Of a stretch of 64,000 nucleotides of DNA, positions 40,388-51,216 are shown piece after piece. Made by a program: the position numbers and the translations under genes. Source of the DNA: Schizosaccharomyces osmophilus (lineage: Eukaryota). Location of the stretch: NCBI RefSeq assembly GCF_027921745.1, contig NC_079238.1:1488001-1552000 (forward strand), in the 5' to 3' direction. The stretch's first letter is position 1. Each line of letters begins with the position of its first letter. Below the pieces are notes generated by a model. It was not told where the DNA came from. It saw only the letters and a list, made by a program, of their open reading frames with translations, and made no database searches.

Positions 40388-41014
40388 ATGGTAAAGTTCC
40401 AGTCGAATAAAAACCAGTTTGTTTTTACATTTGCAAAGAATTTTCTTGGAATTTCATTATGGATACCAGCTCTTTTATTCATTGAACAACACATTTTCAG
40501 TGTTGGAAGCATTGATGGCAGGTCTATGAAGCCGACGTTAAATCCGGAAACGAATTTTTTAAAGCGTGACAAAGTGCTTGTTTGGAAATGGAACAAGAAC
40601 TTTGAAAGAGGTGACGTTGTTATATTAAGGTCAGTAGAACAATTGTCTTCTAGGGTTCTAACAATATTTTAGATCACCAGAAGATCCTCAAAGGCTTCTC
40701 GTTAAGCGTGTACTTGCAATTGAGGATGATTTAGTAAAAACGCGACCGCCGAAAAGTACAAGATTTGTACCGATTCCAGAAGGGCATGTTTGGGTGGAAG
40801 GAGACGAACAGTTTCATTCTATGTAAGTGAGAAATTTAAGAATACTCTACTAATTGTTAAATTTTAAAGTGATAGTAATCAATTTGGCCCAGTTTCGACC
40901 GGTTTAATTACTGCAAAAATCATAGCTATTGTTTTCCCATTTTCCCGAATGAGACGCATCACTAACGATGACATGAGAAAAGACGCTTTAGTTATAAATA
41001 CAAATTTTGATTAG
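40388..41014 (+). CDS. mmp2: Mitochondrial inner-membrane peptidase subunit Imp2; introns 40630-40672 and 40823-40869
   Basis: GRSMKPTLNP, RGDVVILRSPEDP, VKRV, IPEGHVWVEGD and DSNQFGPVS S26 peptidase motifs. Confidence 0.93.
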
Positions 41015-41887
41015 TCGAGCAAAGGCGCTTCTATTTGTTTTTCCTTGACTCAGTCTCTTTTTATGTTTGGTTCGCGGATGATATTTAATTTGTTATAAAA
41101 CGTTAGGGGATGTACTTCAGACTGTCAGAGATTTTAGAAGAGATGAAATATACTATGTAGTATATTCTATTATATTTTTTCTCTGAAGTATTTGCTCTTC
41201 TCGAAAATCGCAAATTGTTTGGTTGCTTGGTATTCTTTGAGCTTCAGCATGCTAGAACAAGTCTTACGCAGGGTTTCATTCCTCTCATTCTTAGAGTTAT
41301 TTTATGAAAATTTCCTTCGCTCGGCATTATACAAAGTCCATTCAAAAGGTTTATTCGACGTAAACTACCTTCTGACCTAAAGCCCAACAGGGCAATTGAG
41401 AAGTGTATATTCGACACTATGAATCTCTGTAAAAGTATGCCTGTTTTACAGATATGTGAGAGTACAAAGGCGCTCACAAGCATCCTAACTATCCCTTCAT
41501 TCTTTGCATTTTGTAAGCAATGTCAATTACCGTTGAAAGTAAGGTGACAGGTGTTGTCGCCTAGGCATGTTGTATATTGACCGGAATTCTGCCTCAAGCG
41601 TGACTTCAAGTGATTTTAAGTACAGTGCAGCAGCAGTAATAGGATTATACGCTTTTTGGTGTAAACAAATTTACTCATCTATACATAGCCAATCCTTTCG
41701 AAAATATTTCAAACGAACAGCGTCTTATCATTCACCCATACTAAGATGATGCACTTGAAGCAACATGGCTAACTTTTTGAGCATAAGCTAATTATGGCTC
41801 TAAGCATTCCCTACCACTATAAATTGTGAAAGCAACGTCTTTAAAGTGCCGAGTTGTATACCATTAAACAACTTCAACATTGAGCGT

Positions 41888-42055
41888 GTAAACAAAAATT
41901 GACATAGATCTTTCCTTGATAATAAATTACAACGTAAATACTCAATTGTTTTGAATAAGCATCACCCAAGGCTTTTAGTAAACAAATATAAAACGCGTCG
42001 CGAGAATGACGTCACACACACCCTCAAATATGCATTGTTTACATTATAGTAAACA
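41888..42055. promoter_or_regulatory. Forkhead x4 + MCB + CRE cluster upstream of cdc10
   Basis: GTAAACA at 41888, 41978 and 42049; TGTTTAC at 42036; ACGCGTCGCG at 41993; ATGACGTCA at 42006. Confidence 0.7.
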
Positions 42056-42606
42056 AAAAGATGACTCTAAAAACCAGGTTTTTCTCTGAATAAAAAAGAT
42101 GAATTAATAAATGATTGATATCAAAGACAGAATCTTTATATATCTATCCGAACATAATTGAACTGGTTCATTAAGAGTCAAGTGAAAATTTTTCAAATTC
42201 ATTGCTTGTAGCAAATGTCTTATAGGAATAGAACTCTCAATAGACACTCTTAAAGTTAAAGTTGCTTAAAAAAAAGGGTCAAGGCAAAATATTTCTTAAG
42301 CATTTCGAGATGCTTTGAGGGAAATATCGTTAAAACGAACACGGTTGTTCGTAGTAGCTAGAGGGTACAACTAAACAACAAACACTTCACCTAAACTTCT
42401 TTCACTTCAGACCTAATATAAAAAGATTTTACTTTTAATAACCACCAAGAAAGAGCTTTGGAAAAAGGAGGAACCATACAATATATTTTTCCAGGGAGTT
42501 GTACGAGAGTCTTTTGAAGAAGTTGAATGAGCGTGTTGTACGAAGGAAACTCCGAGAGAATAACACGATTCTTCCTTTAGTTTACAAGTCTCGTGGTATC
42601 AATATC

Positions 42607-44847
42607 ATGACATCCGCAAATTTCGTCTCTCAATTTGAGCTTGGTAATGATTCTTTTTCATATGAAAGAAACCATGAACATTTCGACGCGTCCAAAGAAG
42701 ACACAAAAAATGCATACACCGACAACCCGAATCTGAGGATTTCTATAAATTCTCAAGTTTTACGAGATGGAAAGATAGTTGAATTAAACGCTATTGAACT
42801 ATCCGGCGTTCGATATATTGAATTGCAATATGGTGAACACGTTGCTCTCCGTCGTTGTTCTGATTCACACTTTAATATATCCCAAATCCTCCGCCTTGCT
42901 GGAACGAACAGTCTTGAAAATGCAGCGGAGTTGGATGAAATTATCGAGAACGGTGAATATGAGAACGTCGACATCAAAGACCCTCATGTTGACGGTGTTT
43001 GGGTTCCTTTTGGAAAAGCAGTCTCTACAGCAAAAAAGTATGGTGTTTACGATATGCTGCAGTCTTTAATTTCATTTAATTTGGATTTGTTTCCAAAGTC
43101 GGCAAAAAACTCAGAACATCCTGAAAAGGAAACTCAGGCGGCGTATCTTTCCAACCGTTTACCATTAAGGAATCACAACCATAATAATTTATCGAAAGTC
43201 GGGAAACCTTCTATTTCCTCTAATAATGCTGGAACCCTCTCGTCACCTTCATTTTTAAATAAGCAAGAGCAAAAAATTGGAAAACGCTCAAATATGTACC
43301 TTTTGGACTCTTCTTCTATCACTACTCCTGAAAATGGTTCGAAGCGACACAAGCTGCATTCACCTGACAATTCGTACCCTGCACCTTTCCCTTCTGCATA
43401 CGTCCCTTCTACCCAACAAGAAATGCATCTTAAAAAGGAAAAGCTTGAATTTTCGATATCATTTTCCACATTGACGGCTAGCCTGCCACCCCTTGATCAG
43501 AACGTTATGCACGATTATAATACTTCAAAAGATGTCTTAACCTCAATATTCTTAGACCTAAATAACTCGGATATTAAATTTGTTGAATCGAAGTTGACAG
43601 ATCTTTTGGACTTAGACGTTCCTATTGACGAATTAGGGCATGCTGCTCTGCACTGGGCGGCTGCCCTTGCGAAGATGCCACTGTTAAATGTCTTGATCAG
43701 TAGAAAAGCAAATTCATTGAGGGGAAATTTAACGGGAGAAACTGCTTTAATGAGATCTGTCATGGTTACCAATCATTTAAACCAGTCATCTTTTCATGAA
43801 TTGCTTAATTTACTCTACCCTTCCCTAAACTGCATCGATCATGCAGGCCGTACAGTCGTCCACCACATATGTTTGACGGCCGGAATCAAGGGCAGAGGTT
43901 CCGCAGCCAGATACTATTTGGAGACGCTTTTGAAATGGGCTGATGCTCATGCCGCTCCAAGCAATGGCTACACAAATGAAGAATTTATAAAAAAATATTT
44001 AAACTACCAAGACAAAAATGGTGATACGGCTGTTAATATAGCAGCTCGTATCGGAAATAAAACTGTCGTGGATATATTGCTACAAGCAGGTGCTTCTAAA
44101 AGCATACCTAATCGAGCAGGTTTAACAGTTTATGATTTTGGAATTTTTGGTGACGATGAGACTAAGGATGTTAAGGAAACTGTCAATGTTTCCACTACTA
44201 GTATAGAAAAAGAAAAGATTGTGATGCCTGCTCAGCAGAAAAGTAAAGATATTATTACCTCGGTTACGGATGTTATTACATCTTTGGATAAAGACTTTCA
44301 GGATGAAATGGCCGCGAAGCAATCCATGATCGATAACACATACACGCAATTGAGAGAATCTACAAAAAAATTAGCAGAATTTCGAGAACAGTTGCGGCGG
44401 TCGGAAACTCACACCCTTATGCTATCGGAGATGAAGCAGAGATGTAAAAACTTAGAAGTATCAATAGAGGAGCAGAAAAATGAGTTGCTGGCTTTGGACA
44501 AGAACTTCAATTCAGCCAATTTATCTGAAAGTATCGACGCGGATGCACCTTTTATGGTAAATTCTAAAAATATACCATCTCTTACTGAGTTAAAGATCCG
44601 CATAGCTGCTTATGAACGAAACGAAGCGCGACTTAATGCTCTTGCTGAAACTCTTCACCATCGCAATGCTAATATCAAATCAAAATGCCGTCGAGTAGTA
44701 TCTTTATGTACTGGTGTTGAAGAAACCAAGGTTGACTCTTTACTTGAAAGTTTATTACAAGCGGTAGAGAGTGATGGCCAGCAAGGAGAGGTGGATATGG
44801 GCCGCGTTGCAGGGTTCCTACGGGTTGTGAAGGAGCATCAAGTTTGA
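42607..44847 (+). CDS. cdc10: MBF transcription factor subunit Cdc10
   Basis: Start MTSANFVSQFELGNDSFSY matches recalled S. pombe Cdc10; KilA-N/APSES region, ankyrin repeats (DELGHAALHWAA, QDKNGDTA) and C-terminal RVAGFLRVV. Confidence 0.97.
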   Translation: MTSANFVSQFELGNDSFSYERNHEHFDASKEDTKNAYTDNPNLRISINSQVLRDGKIVELNAIELSGVRYIELQYGEHVALRRCSDSHFNISQILRLAGTNSLENAAELDEIIENGEYENVDIKDPHVDGVWVPFGKAVSTAKKYGVYDMLQSLISFNLDLFPKSAKNSEHPEKETQAAYLSNRLPLRNHNHNNLSKVGKPSISSNNAGTLSSPSFLNKQEQKIGKRSNMYLLDSSSITTPENGSKRHKLHSPDNSYPAPFPSAYVPSTQQEMHLKKEKLEFSISFSTLTASLPPLDQNVMHDYNTSKDVLTSIFLDLNNSDIKFVESKLTDLLDLDVPIDELGHAALHWAAALAKMPLLNVLISRKANSLRGNLTGETALMRSVMVTNHLNQSSFHELLNLLYPSLNCIDHAGRTVVHHICLTAGIKGRGSAARYYLETLLKWADAHAAPSNGYTNEEFIKKYLNYQDKNGDTAVNIAARIGNKTVVDILLQAGASKSIPNRAGLTVYDFGIFGDDETKDVKETVNVSTTSIEKEKIVMPAQQKSKDIITSVTDVITSLDKDFQDEMAAKQSMIDNTYTQLRESTKKLAEFREQLRRSETHTLMLSEMKQRCKNLEVSIEEQKNELLALDKNFNSANLSESIDADAPFMVNSKNIPSLTELKIRIAAYERNEARLNALAETLHHRNANIKSKCRRVVSLCTGVEETKVDSLLESLLQAVESDGQQGEVDMGRVAGFLRVVKEHQV

Positions 44848-44902
44848 TAATACTCAAATTGTAGCATTTGATGCAGGGTTAGCAGGAAGCATTCAAATTT
44901 AC

Positions 44903-44926
44903 ATATATATATATATATATATATAT
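44903..44926. repeat. (AT)12 microsatellite
   Basis: Seen directly between the convergent cdc10 and vps52 3' ends. Confidence 0.9.
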
Positions 44927-45011
44927 GACTAGTTAAAGAATATTCCATATACGTTTATACTAATAATGAAGACACGTTGTTATTAATACTATATTAGTGG
45001 ATATATTATCA

Positions 45012-46526
45012 TTAGTCGTTTACTTTCTCATTAAGTTCTTCGAAGAATACTTTTTGGTCAGAAGCCAATTTTCCATGGGCACCACTTAAAACTGTTGAAA
45101 TAAGCGTAAAGTTGTTAGACAAAAAACGATTCCGTTTTCTTTTGTCGGACATACCCTCGCAAAATCTATTGAGTAAAGCCGTGAAGTCATGAGATAATCG
45201 AGAAATACTGTGAGTCAAGGGCTCGGCTTCCAAAGAATTAGCGCTGAGTGCTGCGAGACTGTACAATAATTCGGAAACTCTTTGAGTTAATGGATGAGGA
45301 GTAGTGGCAAGGTCGTCGGGTTTCGAAGGAAGAGGGCACTTCTGCAATGACTCAGAATGCAGATCCATGATTGCTTGTAAACGGGGCCAAAGTAGTATGA
45401 TCATAGAAGTATAGTGAGGTTCTATAACAGGAACTAAATTTTTTTGTGATTGTAAAATAAGATCCTGAGTAAATCGAATACACTTGAGAATAGCAATGCA
45501 ATCAAGACTTGTACTAATTAAGTCTGAAATGAATTGTTGAGACAGCTGTAAAGTGCCGTCAAATATTGATTGAAATGTTGTTTTTTGGTCATCCGTAGAG
45601 AGCTCAAAATACTCCAAGAGGAAGAAATATTCGGCGCTAGCATGTTCTGTAAACACAAGTTCCCATGAAAAATACACACGTTCTAAAAATTGTGGCGATG
45701 ATTCTATATGATTGAGCGTTGAAGCCATAAGGACGGAATTGATGTCAAAGTTTTGGGAACGCAAGTCGAGGGAAAACATCCGGCTTGACTGAATCTGTGA
45801 TGAACCTTTTCCAAGCATAAAAAAACCCTTTCTATCTTCTTCGGGACGGATGAGCTCACCCTTAAGAATGTTGACTCGGGATAAAAGTAGAGAGTAGTGA
45901 TAGAAATGATAGTAGTAATACCAGCTCATGGTGTTTATATATGCTTTCCGCAGCTCGAGAGCAAGTTGGGAATTATGTTTCGAGAGGAATGAATAGTAAC
46001 TTTTTTTTGCGATTAAACGATGCTTCCGCATGGAAGCAACATCAACAAGACCATGTCGAAACAATTTAATTGTAACAACAATGTAATTTCGAATCCTCTC
46101 AATAGCTTTGTAGCATAGCTTTTGACACAATTCCATTTGCTCTTCATTACTCCCTTGAGACAACAGCATCAACTTCTCATCGTCAGTAGCACTCTTTTCA
46201 TCTCCAAGATATATCTCAAGTTGCTCGAGGGCAGTCGCCCAGCTCGGATGATCCAAATCGCCAGTGCATATTGTTTTTATTAATGTAGGAGGTAAAAGAC
46301 CAGTGTCAATTTCAGATCCCAGAGCAAATTCTACCTTCTTCATATTGTTCAGGCGAACCTGAATGTCACTAGACCGCTGACTTACTTTATTAATATCTGC
46401 CGTAGCGGCATCCAAGTTTACCTGAAACTTTTCCAGGGAACCAACAACCTTCTGCAACACCTTCTCCAATGCGTCGAATTGAATGGCATTCTCTGAAGCA
46501 GCTTTCTTCTCATTATTTTGTATCAT
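45012..46526 (-). CDS. vps52: GARP complex subunit Vps52
   Basis: LEKFQVNL, KAIERIRNYIV, AYINTMSWYY, LLWPRLQAIMDLHSESL, PHPLTQR and FLSNNF Vps52 motifs; ATG at 46526. Confidence 0.92.
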   Translation of the reverse strand: MIQNNEKKAASENAIQFDALEKVLQKVVGSLEKFQVNLDAATADINKVSQRSSDIQVRLNNMKKVEFALGSEIDTGLLPPTLIKTICTGDLDHPSWATALEQLEIYLGDEKSATDDEKLMLLSQGSNEEQMELCQKLCYKAIERIRNYIVVTIKLFRHGLVDVASMRKHRLIAKKSYYSFLSKHNSQLALELRKAYINTMSWYYYYHFYHYSLLLSRVNILKGELIRPEEDRKGFFMLGKGSSQIQSSRMFSLDLRSQNFDINSVLMASTLNHIESSPQFLERVYFSWELVFTEHASAEYFFLLEYFELSTDDQKTTFQSIFDGTLQLSQQFISDLISTSLDCIAILKCIRFTQDLILQSQKNLVPVIEPHYTSMIILLWPRLQAIMDLHSESLQKCPLPSKPDDLATTPHPLTQRVSELLYSLAALSANSLEAEPLTHSISRLSHDFTALLNRFCEGMSDKRKRNRFLSNNFTLISTVLSGAHGKLASDQKVFFEELNEKVND

Positions 46527-46762
46527 AATTTTTTTATTACTCAAATAACCGAGATTAATATTCCAATCATTCCCTCTAGACTTTGTGTTGGTGGACTTTA
46601 CCTCTACACAAGCAGAAAGTAAGTTACTTCACAATCTACATTGTACCTTTAGCGTAGCAAAATGATAGTCCAGTAAATGACCCTTTACGCAACTTAACAA
46701 ATAGCAAAGAATATCAACACAAGCATGCTTTGTACTTATTCAAGAAATGGAGTAGGATTTTT

Positions 46763-46786
46763 AGGGTAGGGCAAAAAATAGTCACG
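46763..46786 (+). promoter_or_regulatory. Homol E / Homol D-like pair in the eIF5A promoter
   Basis: AGGGTAGGGC (Homol E consensus AGGGTAGGGT), then 6 nt, then TAGTCACG (Homol D consensus CAGTCACA/G), about 55 nt before the ATG. Confidence 0.65.
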
Positions 46787-46841
46787 GAAAACAAATATCA
46801 ACAACAGTAACTTTGCAACTGACAGAGACCACGAATTAACA

Positions 46842-47324
46842 ATGGCAGAAGAAGAACACCAGATTGACTTTGAAGGTGGTGAAGCCGGTGCCTCTTTGAC
46901 TTTCCCTACCCAATGCTCTTCTTTGCGTAAGAACGGACACGTTGTTATCAAGGGCCGCCCTTGCAAAATTGTGGAAATGTCCACCTCCAAGACCGGTAAG
47001 CACGGTCACGCCAAGGTCAACATTGTTGCCATTGACATTTTCACCGGCCGTAAATTCGAAGATGTTTCCCCTTCCACCCACAACATGGAAGTTCCCGTCG
47101 TGAAGCGTGACGACTACCAATTGGTCGACATCGATGATGGCTTCTTGTCTCTCATGACTTCCGATGGTAGCACCAAGGACGACGTTCGTATTCCTGATGG
47201 TGAAATTGGCCAACAAATCCAAGAAGGCTTCGAGGAAGGCAAGGACATGATTGTATCTGTCGTTTCTGCCATGGGTGAAGAAATTCCTCTCACCGTTCGT
47301 GAAGCTCCTAGCGGTTCTTCTTAG
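46842..47324 (+). CDS. tif512: Translation factor eIF5A
   Basis: Hypusination motif [12 protein letters not shown]; strong codon bias. Confidence 0.98.
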   Translation: MAEEEHQIDFEGGEAGASLTFPTQCSSLRKNGHVVIKGRPCKIVEMSTSKTGKHGHAKVNIVAIDIFTGRKFEDVSPSTHNMEVPVVKRDDYQLVDIDDGFLSLMTSDGSTKDDVRIPDGEIGQQIQEGFEEGKDMIVSVVSAMGEEIPLTVREAPSGSS

Positions 47325-48057
47325 ATTGGGAAAAGCTGATTCTTGCTTTTAGGTCGTATAAACGCATCTAAAAAAGTTTTGCAACATGTTATGTTCTCGT
47401 AAGTCTTGTAAATAAAGTGTAGTCAATATGTAAAGTCAATCCTCCAGTTAGCCTCAAGTATAGATGAATGATTCAATTGGATTTGTATGTTTCGTTCTCC
47501 AGTCATCGAAAAGCCCTTAATGAAACATAGTAATAGAATGCACTGACCAGTATAATAGTAAACATGGAGCTTCCTCTACTTTTTTGTTTCTCTTCAATAA
47601 GTCTAGATTTATAGGGTAGTAGTAGTACATGTGATATCCACGTCTCGTTTTATTGCATCTACGACGAAATTCAAGTTAAATAAGAGCTATGTCAAAATCG
47701 ACAGCGTCCGTTGAGGCTGCCTTTTTTTTCTTTTAATTGAACCTACTGAACTTGAAAACCCTACAAGAAAACTTCAATCCAGCGCTTTCTCCTGCTGTTG
47801 TATTTCTCTCTTTTCTTTTATACAACAAATTCATGCTCGAAATTACAAGATTTGATTTGATTGTACCCGAAAACAACTCTTGTTTATATTATAAACAATT
47901 TAAATCCTCTTTTTTTTTTTTTTTTTTTTTGCCGTTTATTGAATGATTGTCTGTTCCAATCATCCATAATTTATTGAACGAAGAGAGATCGCTTCAAGGC
48001 ATATTGGTCTTTTTATTGTAACTCGGTTTTCATTATTTCATAATTTAAATTGGAAAG

Positions 48058-49705
48058 ATGGATGGTAATTGGTTTCAAGGGCCTCCCTGCCCCATTCGAA
48101 ATTGTAAATGTATTTGGTATTTCAAGAATGAAGGGCAAACAGTTTGCAGGCGAGGTCACATTCAATATGTAAGTTTCATCAGTGGTTTGACGCAAATAAT
48201 AATGGTTTTAGGGAATGGAAGTAGCACAGGATGATGAACCTGGTTCAGGTGCTTTCTTTCAAACGAGAAAACGCAAGGTTGTCCGTAAACACCTGGATAC
48301 AGGTGATTCTGAGGAGCCTCTGTACGGTGCCGCTGGTCGCGATTTATACTTTCAGGTTTATCAAACCATTCTGCAAACTCAATGTAATGCTTTAGTCTCT
48401 GACTTAAAATTCCCTCAAACTGTTGAGGGATTAATTCGTGATTTATGGGGACTATATCTGTCATTTGCATATGAATCCTTTTCCTCTAGCTATCTATCAT
48501 TAAACAAGGACTTATCCCTTCTTGAACTCTCAGACTCAGATTTGGATATGGAAGATCCAGATACACAAACTTCAAATACATCAGAAGCAAGCAAAAGTAT
48601 TCACAGGAACCAGGGTTTATCATACCCGAAACTATTGTACTCTCAGGCCTTCATCTATATCTCTTGTCTCTTATTACGTCTTCCCATTACACTTCATCAA
48701 ATCCGAAGATGGATCTGTGCAGATATATTGCCTTATTATAAGGCTTATAAAGTTATTCCATCTCAAATCATTAAACGGCTTCCTATCAACTACGTTCGTA
48801 TGCTGGTTCCATACCATTATCCTTCCTATCATCGTCTGCAAGGAGCTGTTTCAACTATCCTTCAAATACTAATTCCAAGGTATAGCATACAACTTCCTCC
48901 AATTAACGCACCTCTGATATTATTCGATACTATCAAATTTTTTGTTTTTCCTATAGAATTATTCCTTCCAGTTATTCATCTAATTAACTCGTTAAATCTT
49001 CCCATGTCTTTAGGAGAAGCACACCGACAAGCATCAGCTTCAACCGAAATAAATGTTTCCTCAGAATTAACGTCGGAAACTTCAACAAATCCGGAGTTAA
49101 TGATCCTTGCGGCACTATTGGTTTCAGCCAACATTTTATATGGTTTCGAACGACCTACACCTGCCAGCTTAAACGGCTTTGAGGATAGCATAATGGTTCC
49201 TGATTGGAAAAACTGGATGGAATCTGTTCTGAGTCTGCGTAAGGCGACGCAAGAGTCATTTATGGAGATGGACGAATATTCAATACACCATCTAGACAAT
49301 AGCGAAATAGATGGTTACATGGATTGGTATACAAGACAATTTCTTGACGATGACAACCAAAATCAGCTTCCGCAGGGAATTCTTGATTTATTTTCAGTTT
49401 CCTCAGAAAGGCCTGACTCTGCTAGCCAAGAACAAAATTCTGAAATTCCCGATATGGACTTCGAAAGCTTATTCAATACAGCTCGTTCGTTTAAACTTGT
49501 GAAAAAAAAAGAAGCGAATATTAGGCCAAGTCCTTCTAAAGATGAAGCGTATTTACCAATGTTTCTACCTCGTCCTGACCCAGATAGTATATCCTTTCGG
49601 ATTATTTCCGTGGTAGCAAAGCTATATGATATTAAACCAGCGATGCTCATAGCTACTATACGGTTTGTAGAGCAACGGATAAAGAAAACAAAACAGATCA
49701 TATAA
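48058..49705 (+). CDS. rrn7: RNA polymerase I core factor subunit Rrn7; intron 48169-48211
   Basis: First exon MDGNWFQGPPCPIRNCKC...CRRGH zinc ribbon splices in frame; QTILQTQC...LIRDLW and cyclin-fold region. Confidence 0.92.
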
Positions 49706-49721
49706 TAGAATCAGGTTCATA

Positions 49722-50453
49722 TTAATTATTTTCCTCATCATCATTCATTAAATCCCATAAATAATTTGAATAGAAAAACGGTGTATACTTATTGCTAATA
49801 TGCACCGTTCGTAAATCCTTTTTTGTGTCTAAATTTCACGTTAGTTCAATTTAATTTATCAGTTCAAATATCGTTTTCTGAAAGCTTTTAACTACTCTTA
49901 TTTCTCATAACTTACAGACTATTACTTTTCTCTGTTCCTTATCATCAAAGTTTTGAAGATCAAAACCTAAAGAGTGATAAAACCGTAGTCTCAAAAGAGC
50001 AGCATCATCCTCATAATGATGAACGTCTTCTTCTGCTTCTTCTTCCTTTTGCAATTGCAATATTTGCTCCTTCATTTTCTGTAATTGAGATTCCAAGTTC
50101 ATTATTTCTGTCTCGGTATCATTCAACTGCTTAGCCAGCTGAAATTTTTCTCTGTCCTTTTGCAAAAGTTCTTCTGCATTTTCTGGAGACTCAGTTGCTT
50201 GCTTCAATGCTTCAGTTACTTGAGATGATATTTCAAGTTTTCTCGACAACGCTACGTCGTTAGGGATCAATCATTTACAAATCTTTGCGTTTAAATTACC
50301 TTTTAAAATATTCCTTGAATCATCGATCTCTTCTTGCCTGGTTCTTTCTATATGAACCCCCAAATCCTGTATTTTAGACAATGTTTTCAAATCAGGTGCA
50401 ATTTCGAATCCATCTAGCGTTGAACGAATTAAGTCTACAGGATTATCTGACAT
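49722..50453 (-). CDS. spc24: Ndc80 kinetochore complex subunit Spc24; introns 50252-50299 and 49829-49915
   Basis: MSDNPVDLIRSTLDGFEIAPD, coiled coil, LRLRFYHSLG and terminal KYTPFFYSNYLWD. Confidence 0.92.
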
Positions 50454-50742
50454 TTTTTCCTATTTTGTTAGGTGAAAACGCCGGCCCTGGTGTCTCACAG
50501 TAAATGTTTTCACTTCTGCTAAATTCCAAAGAACGTGCAGGTCAGTGGTGACATGCGATGGCTTAATCTCACGAACACCATTAGATCTTAGAAGCAATAA
50601 ACACTTACTTTGTTGTAAAAAACTTATTTATGAATGTTCTTCCCAAATATGCATTAATAGATAATACCTGATTCCAGGTGATTTTACAAATTCCGTTCAA
50701 ACAGAAGTAAGACGAACAACAAAAAGTTGAACATAAAGCCAC

Positions 50743-50758
50743 AAAGAAAAGAGAAAAA
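50743..50758 (-). terminator. Pol III oligo-T terminator of the 5S gene
   Basis: Minus strand reads TTTTTCTCTTTTCTTT, starting 8 nt after the mature 3' end. Confidence 0.7.
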
Positions 50759-50766
50759 TGAGAGGA

Positions 50767-50885
50767 AGCCTACAGCACCCCGGATTCCCATGTTGTCTCC
50801 AACCATAGTACTAACGAGGCCCTCAGACGCTTAACTGCAGTGATCGGACGGGAACTGGTGTTTTCGCCTAGGTGTGGCCGTAGAC
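50767..50885 (-). rRNA. Dispersed 5S rRNA gene (119 nt)
   Basis: Reverse complement GTCTACGGCCACACCTAGGCGAAAACACCAGTTCCCGTCCGATCACTGCAGTTAAGC...GGGGTGCTGTAGGCT, nearly identical to the recalled S. pombe 5S. Confidence 0.98.
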
Positions 50886-51216
50886 ATCTGTCTAGTTATT
50901 AAAAAGATTATATGTTTCATTTGTGCAATTCCTTTCTTCTTTTTTCTACAATCACCTCCAGATGAATACGAAATTCCGCTCCAGATTTTGGTAAACATGT
51001 ATTTATTTCTTGTTACATTCAAATTTTTATTATCTAAATCGCATTATATATCGTATCTAACATAATTAAATTCCATCCCTGTATATACAAATTGTCTAAC
51101 GATCATTTTTGGTCTTCCGTTGCAATATATGAATTCACTGATTAAATAAGAATGGCAGACGCTGAATATATCGAGAGTGCGAAAAAAATATTGACGACAT
51201 TATCCAAATGCTTAAA

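Noticed and set aside
42499..42606. 36-codon open frame upstream of the cdc10 ATG
   Set aside because: Non-ATG start; homology begins at 42607; compatible with chance.
46836..47222. 128-aa antisense ORF over eIF5A
   Set aside because: Codon-bias shadow.
50831..51065. 63-aa ORFs beside the 5S gene as a possible wtf remnant
   Set aside because: They overlap the rRNA gene; no wtf-like exon structure or multi-TM coding region.
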